64,000 nt of DNA from Candidatus Phycocordibacter aenigmaticus (GTDB taxonomy: Bacteria; Patescibacteriota; Minisyncoccia; Phycocordibacterales; Phycocordibacteraceae). The notes beneath the pieces were generated by a model, which had not been told where the DNA came from, ran no database searches, and worked only from the letters and a program-made list of their open reading frames with translations. The stretch is taken from positions 419,247 to 483,246 of the forward strand of contig CP174359.1 in the NCBI GenBank assembly GCA_045401115.1, given 5' to 3'. A program made the translations under genes and the position numbers. Shown here one piece after another: positions 1 through 8,194 of this stretch (position 1 is its first letter; each line of letters opens with the position of its first letter).

Positions 1-502
1 TGCTGATGACGATCGTCTTATCGCGGCGCTGCCGGTTTCAGTAAAAGAGAGTGTTTCTTTGGTTACCGCAAAAGGGCAGTCAATCCGTTTCAAAGAGAGT
101 GACGTTCGTGTAATGGGGCGAACTGCCGCGGGAGTATGTGGTATTAAGGTAGGTAAAGGTGATTATATTATTGGCGCCGACGTGGTGCGTAATGAAAAAG
201 AGTCATATCTGCTTGTAGTAACCGATAAGGGATATGGAAAACGTACTCCAGTAAGTGAATATAAATTACAAAAACGAGCCGGAAGTGGTATAAAAACCGC
301 AAATGTCACTGCTAAGACCGGTTCGGTTATAGCCGCTCTGATTGTTGATGAGACAATGAGTGAGTTTATTATCGCGTTAAAGAATGGTCAGGTAGTACGT
401 ACTGAATTAGAACAGGTACCAATCCTTGGTCGTGCGACACAAGGTGTGCGTGTGATGAAGTTGCGCGACGGTGACGCTATTGCAGCATTTGTAGCATTCT
501 AG
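1..502 (+). CDS. gyrA: DNA gyrase subunit A, C-terminal beta-pinwheel domain (5' partial, continues upstream of window)
   Basis: Open frame from window edge; repeated GyrA-CTD blade motifs (VMGRTAAGVCGIK, KRAGSGIKTANV, ILGRATQGVRVMKLRDGD). Confidence 0.65.
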   Translation, partial: ADDDRLIAALPVSVKESVSLVTAKGQSIRFKESDVRVMGRTAAGVCGIKVGKGDYIIGADVVRNEKESYLLVVTDKGYGKRTPVSEYKLQKRAGSGIKTANVTAKTGSVIAALIVDETMSEFIIALKNGQVVRTELEQVPILGRATQGVRVMKLRDGDAIAAFVAF

Positions 503-574
503 TTTTATATCCATATATCACTGATACTGTGACACCAGACACTAATGTCTCGTGCTAGCATGTAAGGAATAGTT

Positions 575-1102
575 ATGTTTCTTCAACCAGCTGACATAGT
601 AAAGAATATGCCGTTGTACGCTGGTATGCGTATTGCAGATTTTGGTTGTGGCTGCGGAAACGTATCGTTTCTTCTTGCCGATAAGTTAGATGAATCATCA
701 ACATTGTATTCATTTGATATACACCCTGAACAAATTGCAACATTGACGCAGGAAAGAGACCGGCGCGCTATTGAATATATGTTTCCCATGCGTGCAGATT
801 TAAATACACATATTCCATTGCGCGACGATATCCTTGATGCAGGTCTTGTTTCTAATACGTTGCATGCTTTACATGATCGAGATCAGTTTTTGCGCGAGTT
901 GATACGCACACTAGTGCCAGGAGGTACAGTGTTGTTCGTTGATTGGTTGCATTCTTTTAAAAACATGGGCCCTCCTGAAAATATGGTTATTGATCCAATA
1001 ACTGCTTCCACGTTGTTTTCTAATAATGGGTTTGTTTTGGGCGCCACTATTCCTGCGGGAACACACCACTACGGTTTTCTCGCTAAGAAGCCATACCTTT
1101 AA
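575..1102 (+). CDS. class I SAM-dependent methyltransferase
   Basis: Motif I ADFGCGCGNVS; DxxxL acidic loop; ~175 aa Methyltransf_11/25-like. Confidence 0.6.
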   Translation: MFLQPADIVKNMPLYAGMRIADFGCGCGNVSFLLADKLDESSTLYSFDIHPEQIATLTQERDRRAIEYMFPMRADLNTHIPLRDDILDAGLVSNTLHALHDRDQFLRELIRTLVPGGTVLFVDWLHSFKNMGPPENMVIDPITASTLFSNNGFVLGATIPAGTHHYGFLAKKPYL

Positions 1103-1156
1103 TACTGTGGGTTATAAACTGGCAGTCATTGAGGAAAGGCTGTATCCTAAAGAGCA

Positions 1157-2446
1157 ATGAAACCGTTCCAACTCGGCATGATTGCGGCGTTTGCCCTTCT
1201 CGCCCTAATATCAATTACTATTTTTGCGACATTCTCTGGTTGTGACAGTGAGTCAGTTGGTTCGGTCACTATTTGGGGCACTGTCTCTGAAGAGACTATG
1301 AGACTCGTATTTAATGAAGTTCGTAATACACACGGCGGCTTTAACGGAGTGAGTTATGAAATGGTACCGGCGGATACTTTGATTACTAACTTAGTAGAAG
1401 CCATTGCAGCTGGGCGTGGTCCTGATTTAATCTTGTTGCCGGCAGCCTCTATTGGTAGTGAACAAGATAAATTACTTGTTATTCCATACTCTGAAATATC
1501 ACGGCGAAGTTTTCAAGACAGTTTTGTTGAGGCGGGCGAGATTTTCCTTGATGAACGTGGTGTTTTAGGATTGCCGTTTTATATTGATCCATACGTGATG
1601 TATTGGAACCGTTCGCTATTTTCACAAGCAGGTATTCCTCGTCCAGTGCGGTATTGGGATGAATTCTCAGATGTTGCTCCGCTTCTCTCACAAGCAAACG
1701 AATCAGGGACACTTACACAAAGTGCGGTGGCACTAGGTGAGTGGGGGAATGTTAATCATGCAAAAGATATCTTCTTATCATTGATTATTGGTTTAGGAAA
1801 TCCAATTGTGCAGAAAAATCAAGAAGGCGAGTATCAGGTAACTTTGACTGCACGCGGTGAAGGATCGGAATTACCAGCAGCGTCCGCGCTCCGTTTCTTT
1901 ACTGAGTTTGCCGACCCGGTACAACGTGTGTATTCATGGAATCGTTCATTACCGGAAGCGCGTGAAGCGTTTCTTGCAGGAGATTTGGCAGTCTATCTCG
2001 GTAAAGCTAGTGAGGTAACTGCTATTCGTGCTTCTAATCCTAACTTAAACTTTGATATTGCCCCATATCCTGAAGTGCGTGGTGGAGTAGTTGCTGTTCC
2101 AGCAGATTTGTATGCTTTTTCGGTGCCACGTGGCGCAAGTAACACTAGTGGCGCACTTGCGGCAGCACAGATACTTTCAAATAGTGTTGCGCAAAAAGCA
2201 CTCGTGAGTGTCACTGGGTTACCTTCGGTTCGACGCGACGTACTGTCAGTCTCTCCGGAAAATCCTTACGAAGCTACGTTTAGAGACGCTGCACTTAATG
2301 CATATTCCTTCCGTGACCCTAATCCAAAACTTTCTGACGATATCTTTAAGCGTATCGTTGAAGGTGTTTCAAGTGGTCGCTTTCGGATTAATGAAGCACT
2401 GCGTAGTGGACAGGAGGAGCTCGAAGAGCTTCTTGGGGTACAATAA
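1157..2446 (+). CDS. ABC transporter extracellular solute-binding protein (family 1), lipoprotein
   Basis: Signal peptide + lipobox (TFSGC); ~430 aa SBP_bac_1-like; no adjacent permease genes (orphan SBP). Confidence 0.5.
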   Translation: MKPFQLGMIAAFALLALISITIFATFSGCDSESVGSVTIWGTVSEETMRLVFNEVRNTHGGFNGVSYEMVPADTLITNLVEAIAAGRGPDLILLPAASIGSEQDKLLVIPYSEISRRSFQDSFVEAGEIFLDERGVLGLPFYIDPYVMYWNRSLFSQAGIPRPVRYWDEFSDVAPLLSQANESGTLTQSAVALGEWGNVNHAKDIFLSLIIGLGNPIVQKNQEGEYQVTLTARGEGSELPAASALRFFTEFADPVQRVYSWNRSLPEAREAFLAGDLAVYLGKASEVTAIRASNPNLNFDIAPYPEVRGGVVAVPADLYAFSVPRGASNTSGALAAAQILSNSVAQKALVSVTGLPSVRRDVLSVSPENPYEATFRDAALNAYSFRDPNPKLSDDIFKRIVEGVSSGRFRINEALRSGQEELEELLGVQ

Positions 2447-2476
2447 AGATACAACTTTATTGGTAATATACACATT

Positions 2477-2824
2477 ATGAAATCTTTTTTAATACATCTC
2501 TTTATACTCGCTCTTTTTGTAGCACCAAGCGCTGTGATGGCTTCAAGTCACGGCGGTCTCAATAACCCACTTGGACCAGACTCAATTTCTGAATTTTTCA
2601 CTGCACTTCTCGGATTGATTGCACAAATTGCCTTTCCTGTCGTGGTACTTTTTATTATCTTTATCGGCTTCCGTTTTGTACAACACTCAGCTACAGGAGA
2701 TGCAGAGGGGCTCAAGAAGGACCGAGAATACTTTCTTTGGGCGTTAGTGGGTGCGTTGCTAGTACTTGGTGCACAAGCACTATCATTCGCTATTGAAGCA
2801 ACTGTTAATAATCTTACGCCGTAA
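2477..2824 (+). CDS. T4SS-pilin-like (TrbC/VirB2-like) small membrane protein with signal peptide
   Basis: Signal peptide then two TM helices around GDAEGLKKDREYFLWALVG motif shared with the next three genes. Confidence 0.45.
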   Translation: MKSFLIHLFILALFVAPSAVMASSHGGLNNPLGPDSISEFFTALLGLIAQIAFPVVVLFIIFIGFRFVQHSATGDAEGLKKDREYFLWALVGALLVLGAQALSFAIEATVNNLTP

Positions 2825-2829
2825 TTACT

Positions 2830-3135
2830 ATGGGAAACGATCTTACTGACTTCATTAATCAGCTTACAGGAATCATCAGCGCGATCATCCCGATTCTCGT
2901 ATCGTTAGCACTCCTTTTCTTTGTGTGGGGACTTGCTCAGTGGCTCTTAAATATGGCTGATTCAGAAAAGCACAAGGAGGGTAAACAACGTATGATGTGG
3001 GGCATTATTGCATTATTCTTTATTGTGTCAGTGAGCGGTCTTATTATGGTACTCCAAGCAACCTTTTTCGGGATGTCTGCAGGTTCGCTGTCACCGAATA
3101 AAGATTCTCAGCCGACTAAGTCGTTTGGTTTCTAA
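2830..3135 (+). CDS. T4SS-pilin-like small membrane protein (paralog)
   Basis: Motif FxWGLAQWLLN-ADSEKHKEGKQRMMWGIIALF; two TM helices; tandem paralog. Confidence 0.5.
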   Translation: MGNDLTDFINQLTGIISAIIPILVSLALLFFVWGLAQWLLNMADSEKHKEGKQRMMWGIIALFFIVSVSGLIMVLQATFFGMSAGSLSPNKDSQPTKSFGF

Positions 3136-3245
3136 TAACATTTTGAAACTGTGCGATATCCACATAGGCACGCATAAAATCAATGCGGAGAGCAGTAAAT
3201 GCTATACTAGAGGGGTACTATAACTATAGATAATATAAAAACATT

Positions 3246-3533
3246 ATGACAACGTTAAATGATATTTTGCAAACTATCGCTGGCTTAATTGACCTTGCAA
3301 CACCAATTGTGGTTGCTCTTGCACTGCTGTACTTCTTCTGGGGTCTTGCGCAGTACATCCTTAATGCAGGCGATGAGAACAAGAAGAAAGAAGGTCGTGA
3401 AATCATGATCTGGGGCATTATTGCTCTCTTCGTTATGGTTTCTATCTGGGGTATTGTAAACGTCATCCAAGACACGTTTGACCTTCGTGGCGGTACTATT
3501 GAAGTGCCACAAGTTGAGACCAACAATAGGTAA
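3246..3533 (+). CDS. T4SS-pilin-like small membrane protein (paralog)
   Basis: Motif FFWGLAQYILNAGDENKKKEGREIMIWGIIALF; own RBS/AT-rich promoter. Confidence 0.5.
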   Translation: MTTLNDILQTIAGLIDLATPIVVALALLYFFWGLAQYILNAGDENKKKEGREIMIWGIIALFVMVSIWGIVNVIQDTFDLRGGTIEVPQVETNNR

Positions 3534-3538
3534 ACTGT

Positions 3539-3751
3539 GTGAGTGAGGAACAGTATACAGGAAATGAAAAAGACGTAACGCCTGCAAATGCGCTCGGAAG
3601 ACTTTCTGAGCGTACGCAGGCGTCTCGTTTTACCGGATTACTTATCGCGTTGGTGTTGGTTTTTGTATTAGCGCTTTTAATCGGTTTAGTGGTACGAGGT
3701 GTCACGGGTAAGGAAAATGTCCCTGAAGTACCACGTGTCAATCAACAATAA
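3539..3751 (+). CDS. small single-TM hypothetical protein
   Basis: 70-aa ORF with one hydrophobic helix between pilin-like genes; no homolog recognised. Confidence 0.25.
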   Translation: MSEEQYTGNEKDVTPANALGRLSERTQASRFTGLLIALVLVFVLALLIGLVVRGVTGKENVPEVPRVNQQ

Positions 3752-3760
3752 CCCCTGCAT

Positions 3761-4021
3761 ATGAACGATCTCTCAATCTTTATAGATAACTTTGTACGTT
3801 TTATTATCAATCCACTGATCGGACTTCTTATGGCTTTGGCGGTTGTGTATTTCTTATGGGGAGCAGCACAGTTGGTACTCAACGGAGGAAGCGAAGAGGG
3901 GAGAAAGAAAGGTAAAGATGCTTTATTGTGGGGATTAATTGGTCTCTTTATTATGGTTGCTGTTTTCGGTATTCTACGTGTCGTCGTAGGTACATTTGTG
4001 CCTGAAGCAGTGACTTTCTAG
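3761..4021 (+). CDS. T4SS-pilin-like small membrane protein (paralog)
   Basis: Motif YFLWGAAQLVLNGGSEEGRKKGKDALLWGLIGLF; fourth tandem paralog. Confidence 0.5.
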   Translation: MNDLSIFIDNFVRFIINPLIGLLMALAVVYFLWGAAQLVLNGGSEEGRKKGKDALLWGLIGLFIMVAVFGILRVVVGTFVPEAVTF

Positions 4022-4114
4022 GGGTTATATTTTAGAGCGACAAATAGCATTTTATTTGATACAGTATCTACGCTGCTCTTGTGGCAGCATTGTTCTTTAC
4101 AGGATGTGTCATAT

Positions 4115-4198
4115 GGGCGAGTGGCGGAATTGGTAGACGCGCGTGGCTTAGGACCACGTATCTTCGGATGTGGAGGTTCGAGTCCTCTCTCGCCCACA
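4115..4198 (+). tRNA. tRNA-Leu (anticodon TAG), type II
   Basis: Acceptor GGGCGAG/CTCGCCC, D-arm GGAATTGGTAGAC, anticodon loop CTTAGGA, long variable arm, T-arm GGAGGTTCGAGTCCTCT. Confidence 0.8.
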
Positions 4199-4252
4199 AA
4201 ATTTAAAATCCTCAAAGTGTAAGCTTTGGGGATTTTTAAATTGCATAGAGGC

Positions 4253-4380
4253 GAAGAGGACTCGAAAGACGGAGGCGGTATACAAGACGAACGAAGTGAG
4301 TGCTTGTCGCCGAGGCCGGGCAGGAGGTCCTTATGCGCGTAAGCGAATTAGGAACCTGACGCCGAGCCTCTCTCGCCCAC
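4253..4380 (+). repeat. tRNA-3'-associated structured element, family A (copy A1, at tRNA-Leu-TAG); terminator follows at 4381..4422
   Basis: Begins AGAGGACTCGAA (inverted copy of the tRNA T-arm); conserved core AGACGGAGGCGG..CCGGGCAGGAGGTCCTTATG..CGAATTAGGAACCTGACGCCGAG; ends CCTCTCTCGCCCAC (direct copy of tRNA 3' end); the 25-nt tRNA trailer and terminator are also duplicated. Confidence 0.55.
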
Positions 4381-4495
4381 AAAATTTAAAACCTCAGAGT
4401 GTGAGCTCTGGGGATTTTTATATTTCGTAGAGGGGGAGAGGAATGGCTACAAATAAATAAACCGCACACGAGGAGTGCGCGGTTTATTTATTTTG

Positions 4496-4578
4496 TGCCG
4501 GGAGTGGGACTCGAACCCACACGGCCGAACGGCCCGGGGATTTTAAGTCCCCTATGTCTACCATTCCATCACCCCGGC
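4496..4578 (-). tRNA. tRNA-Leu (anticodon TAA), type II
   Basis: Revcomp gives acceptor GCCGGGG, anticodon loop CTTAAAA, long variable arm, T-arm GTGGGTTCGAGTCCCAC. Confidence 0.8.
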
Positions 4579-4753
4579 AAGGGATTAAGATACAACATGC
4601 TAGTATCTAGTGTATTGTATCTTGGCCTGCCACTGGAGCAAGCTTTGCTTACCTCGGTAAAGAACTAAATAAAACAGACTGTAATGTTCTATTTTTATTA
4701 TATCCAAGATAAGCAATTCTTATCTTGGCAGCGTCAACACTTGTGTGTCAGCT

Positions 4754-4827
4754 GGAGGCCACGGCGGGAATCGAACCCGCGCATCGAGGTTTTGCAGACC
4801 CCTGTGTTTCCACTTCACCACGTGGCC
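4754..4827 (-). tRNA. tRNA-Cys (anticodon GCA), CCA encoded
   Basis: Revcomp: acceptor GGCCACG, anticodon loop CTGCAAA, T-arm GCGGGTTCGATTCCCGC, 3' CGTGGCC-T-CCA. Confidence 0.8.
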
Positions 4828-5227
4828 AATATCAACAAGAATACTACGATATAGAGCATAAACAAAGAGGGCTATAAAAAATGGAATTAATTTGCTAGAG
4901 TATGCAGTATCGCCTATGAGAGATATCTTATGGGTGATCACTACCGCCTGGAAGAAAAATCTTGCAGGCGGGGCGTGGTAACATAATGCGCTCATCCTTT
5001 TGCTTCACAGCAACAAGAAAGTAAGTAAAACTTTCTTTCGGCGAAGGTTCGAGTATAAAAAATATTTTATACTCCTCACTCTTCTTGAAAGTAAACAAGC
5101 TTCCTTTCTTGTCTTGTTCGCAAAAGACGCGCATTATCGTGAAGCACTACCGCCTGTAAGAGAAATCTTTCAGACGTTCATTTCGGAGATAATGTGAAAG
5201 CAAGCTTTCTCGTTATCCTCCTCAATT

Positions 5228-5299
5228 CCGCCTGTAGCTCAATGGTAGAGCAGCGGCCTTTTAAGCCGTTGGTTGAAGGTTCGAGTCCTTCCGGGCGGA
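5228..5299 (+). tRNA. tRNA-Lys (anticodon TTT)
   Basis: Acceptor CCGCCTG/CGGGCGG, D-arm GCTCAATGGTAGAGC, anticodon loop CTTTTAA, T-arm GAAGGTTCGAGTCCTTC. Confidence 0.8.
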
Positions 5300-5336
5300 C
5301 ACGTTTTAAAAACAGCATCCCATGCTGTTTTTTTCG

Positions 5337-5473
5337 TGCCGCCCGGAAGGACTCGAACCAGAAAGGGGGTCGGGGGAACTGGGTGTTCCCCCGTGGAGGA
5401 GGTTACACGGAACCGTGGGTTCCGTGAGCGCAGGTGAGAATACACCGAGCAGTGAGATTCCTAGTGGGCGGAC
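5337..5473 (+). repeat. tRNA-3'-associated structured element, family B (copy B1, at tRNA-Lys)
   Basis: Begins GCCGCCCGGAAGGACTCGAACC (inverted copy of tRNA-Lys 3' end); core AGGGGGTCGGGGG-hairpin-CCCCCGTGGAGGAGG, CGGAACCGTGGGTTCCG hairpin, TGAGCGCAG, GAGCAGTGAGATTCC; ends in degenerate direct copy ..GGGCGGAC; hairpin terminator follows. Confidence 0.55.
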
Positions 5474-5710
5474 TTGATAGGAAAAAGCAAACTGCTTTGC
5501 TTTTTCCGATACAAGTCCGAGGCGGAGGCATGTTTCATTTTTGCTGCAGTTCATGGCAAAAATGAAAAGCCGAGCCGTGGTCAAGCGCACTTAGTAGATT
5601 TCAAGCGAAGCGAAGAAATATACTTAGTGACGGGTGACGATATGATAAAAATGATTTATATACGCCTGTAAATTTGAAACCATAAAATAAAACACTTCGT
5701 TTAAAGTGTT

Positions 5711-6025
5711 TTATTTTTCTTCTTCGTTATATTCTTCAGCGCCGGAATATCCTCCAAGATGTGGATCAGGAAGAAATTTAACACGAGGGAGGTATTTTAA
5801 AGAAACTGATTTTTTAAGATAACGCTTAAACTCATCGCGATTACGATTAAGAAAATCTGTTGCTGCATGGAGACCAGTTTCAGGGAATGCACTAATAAAA
5901 ATATTTGCACAACCACGTTGATCAACTTGAACTCCCGTAACCGTAATCATTGTTTGACGGTTTGACTCACGGTTAATAAAATCCGACGCTGCTTTTTTTA
6001 GGGCCTCAGCCGCACGCTCCTTCAT
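5711..6025 (-). CDS. rbfA: ribosome-binding factor A
   Basis: 104 aa; RbfA-like KH fold sequence; immediately downstream of infB (conserved infB-rbfA linkage). Confidence 0.7.
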   Translation of the reverse strand: MKERAAEALKKAASDFINRESNRQTMITVTGVQVDQRGCANIFISAFPETGLHAATDFLNRNRDEFKRYLKKSVSLKYLPRVKFLPDPHLGGYSGAEEYNEEEK

Positions 6026-6027
6026 AT

Positions 6028-7545
6028 CTATGATTCTTTGGTACGTGTTTCAATATAATCACCTCCAGTAATATCAGCTTTCGATTCAATTTGGGCACCA
6101 AATTCGGCTCCTTCGCTGACGCTCGACACATCTGATTTCTGTGTTTGAACATTAAGCACTTTTCCATGTCCCACATCAATATCACGACGTTTAATAATTA
6201 CTGAGGCACCGCGTTCAATTGTCCCGCTTTCTACGCGACCACCAACCACATGCTTTGAGCCAGTAGTAGAGAAGTGTTTTAATATTTTTGCGTTTCCCGT
6301 CACAATAATTTCTGGTTCTTTTGGGGCAATACGTTCAACCTCTGTGTGCAACCAATCAACTAGTTCATAGATAATCTCTTTACTTTCAAGACGTACGTTA
6401 TTTCGTTCTGCTAAATCTTTTGCTGATGAATCAACTTTTACATTAAATCCGGCAATTATTGAATCTTCAAAACCAACGAGTTGCTTTACGTCATTTTCAG
6501 AAATAGCACCCACACCTATATCAGCAATAATGAGCCGAGCATTTTCTTGTGGCATTTTATCAAGCTCATACTGTAACGCTTCAATTGATCCGGCAGTATC
6601 TGCCTTTAAAATAATACGAATTGGTTTTTTAGTGTCCTGAGCATCATGAACATTTTGTGCCGGCAGTGGCGGTTCACCTGCTGCAGCAGCAGCCTCTGCT
6701 TCTTTTTTACTTTTTACTACATACATTTCACTACCCACGCGCGGTTCTTTGGAAAAACCTATAATTTTTGCCGGTTGACCACATGATATTTCTTTTACTT
6801 TCTCCCCAAGGGTATTTTCAATAATTCGCAGTGGAGCAAACGCATCATCAGCAACGGCAAATGAACCTGCAGAAAAAGTTCCATCACGTACAACAACTGT
6901 TGCGGCAACACCGCTTTTTGGATCACGGCTTGATTCAATAACTACCGCGCGCGGTGGAAGACTTGTATCGCAGTGAATATCTTCAAGATCGGTTACTAAG
7001 AGGATGATATCCAAAAGTTCATCAATACCTTCACCTGTTTTTGATGAAACTGCCACGTGAGGCACTGAACCACCAAGGCCTTCAAGGTAAATTCCTTCTT
7101 TCATGACCGTCTCTTTCGCGTGATTGAGATTTGCGTTTTCTTTATCTATTTTAGTAAACGCAACGATATATGGAATATCAGCTTTAGTAATTGCGTTCCA
7201 TGCCTCAATTGTCTGTGGTTTTACTCCGTCGTCAGCAGCGACAACAAGAATAGCAATATCGGCGGCTGAGGCTCCACGGCGACGCATTTCCTGGAATGCT
7301 TCGTGTCCCGGGGTGTCAATAAAAGAAATAGCGCGCGCAGCTCCTTCTTTAGGGGTATGGTTAAGTTCATAGGCGGAAATTCCTTGAGTGATACCTCCTG
7401 TTTCTCCTTCGGCTACTTTTGCCTTTCGGATATAGTCTAAGAGTGACGTCTTTCCGTGATCAATGTGTCCAACAACAGCGACGACGGGCTGTACTCTTTT
7501 CTTTGATGTAGGTGTTTTAGGCATAATTAATCCTAAGCAAAACAC
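6028..7545 (-). CDS. infB: translation initiation factor IF-2 (short form, no long N-terminal domain)
   Basis: G-domain VGHIDHGKTSLLD, DTPGHEAF, NKIDK; beta-barrel and C2 domains; true start probably MPKTP at 7524. Confidence 0.85.
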   Translation of the reverse strand: MFCLGLIMPKTPTSKKRVQPVVAVVGHIDHGKTSLLDYIRKAKVAEGETGGITQGISAYELNHTPKEGAARAISFIDTPGHEAFQEMRRRGASAADIAILVVAADDGVKPQTIEAWNAITKADIPYIVAFTKIDKENANLNHAKETVMKEGIYLEGLGGSVPHVAVSSKTGEGIDELLDIILLVTDLEDIHCDTSLPPRAVVIESSRDPKSGVAATVVVRDGTFSAGSFAVADDAFAPLRIIENTLGEKVKEISCGQPAKIIGFSKEPRVGSEMYVVKSKKEAEAAAAAGEPPLPAQNVHDAQDTKKPIRIILKADTAGSIEALQYELDKMPQENARLIIADIGVGAISENDVKQLVGFEDSIIAGFNVKVDSSAKDLAERNNVRLESKEIIYELVDWLHTEVERIAPKEPEIIVTGNAKILKHFSTTGSKHVVGGRVESGTIERGASVIIKRRDIDVGHGKVLNVQTQKSDVSSVSEGAEFGAQIESKADITGGDYIETRTKES

Positions 7546-7599
7546 GTAACTGCTTGAAAAGCAATAAGGACATTCTTATGTGCACCTGACAAGGGCGCT

Positions 7600-8100
7600 T
7601 TATGAAAGTGATTGTCGAGCTTGTTTGATTACTTGATTTTCTTCATCTGACAATTCGCGTTCAGATGTAAATGTTTTAACTTCTTTAGCATAGACTCGTA
7701 CGCCGTCACGTGAATGGATGCCAGACAACACTATCCCGTTACCTCCCTCATTAACCAAGGCAGCAACAAAACTTTGTTGCCCACCTGCGTTTTGGAAAGG
7801 ATCAAAATGTGTAAGTGCAACACCACGCACACTATGCGCTAAACGACCATCGACATTTTCAAGTGCACGTTCAGTCGTTTGTGCGTGTGATTCAAGTTGT
7901 CCTACTCGAGTTTCAAGGCTCACAATTATATCTTCAAGCGATGTTCCGCTTTTTCCTTTAGTTAAACGATTAATGCGAATGTTTAAAAAAATAACGCAAA
8001 TAAGTAGCACAATACCGATGATGCTGAGCGCCAAAAGTACCGGCTTATTTTGAACTACATATAGGAAATAATTGAACGCGGTGTCGACGTATTCATTCAT
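7600..8100 (-). CDS. DUF4446-like membrane-anchored protein
   Basis: N-terminal TM helix; coiled segment; motif LTHFDPFQNAGGQQSF...VRVYAKEV typical of DUF4446 family (recognition by memory, moderate). Confidence 0.4.
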   Translation of the reverse strand: MNEYVDTAFNYFLYVVQNKPVLLALSIIGIVLLICVIFLNIRINRLTKGKSGTSLEDIIVSLETRVGQLESHAQTTERALENVDGRLAHSVRGVALTHFDPFQNAGGQQSFVAALVNEGGNGIVLSGIHSRDGVRVYAKEVKTFTSERELSDEENQVIKQARQSLS

Positions 8101-8194
8101 ACCTATGTAGTATACCTTGAGCTGTAAGATTTTATAGTTTAAAAAGTGAGTATCGGAGTAGGTTTGTATATATTTTTAGCGTACAATATTTTTT

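Noticed and set aside
4170-4430. ORF 4170..4430 (+) and 4018..4215 (-)
   Set aside because: They overlap tRNA-Leu(TAG) and element A1. They are artefacts of the repeat.
4580-4750. Searched intergenic regions for tmRNA, RNase P RNA, SRP RNA and rRNA signatures
   Set aside because: No conserved cores were found in the window, e.g. GGAAAGTCCGGGC for RNase P or the tmRNA tag-reading frame with tRNA-like ends.
5194-5671. ORFs 5194..5427, 5239..5445, 5306..5590, 5474..5671
   Set aside because: They overlap tRNA-Lys, element B1 and terminator hairpins. The RBS-like GGAGG motifs inside the elements are part of the conserved RNA core and not followed by conserved reading frames.
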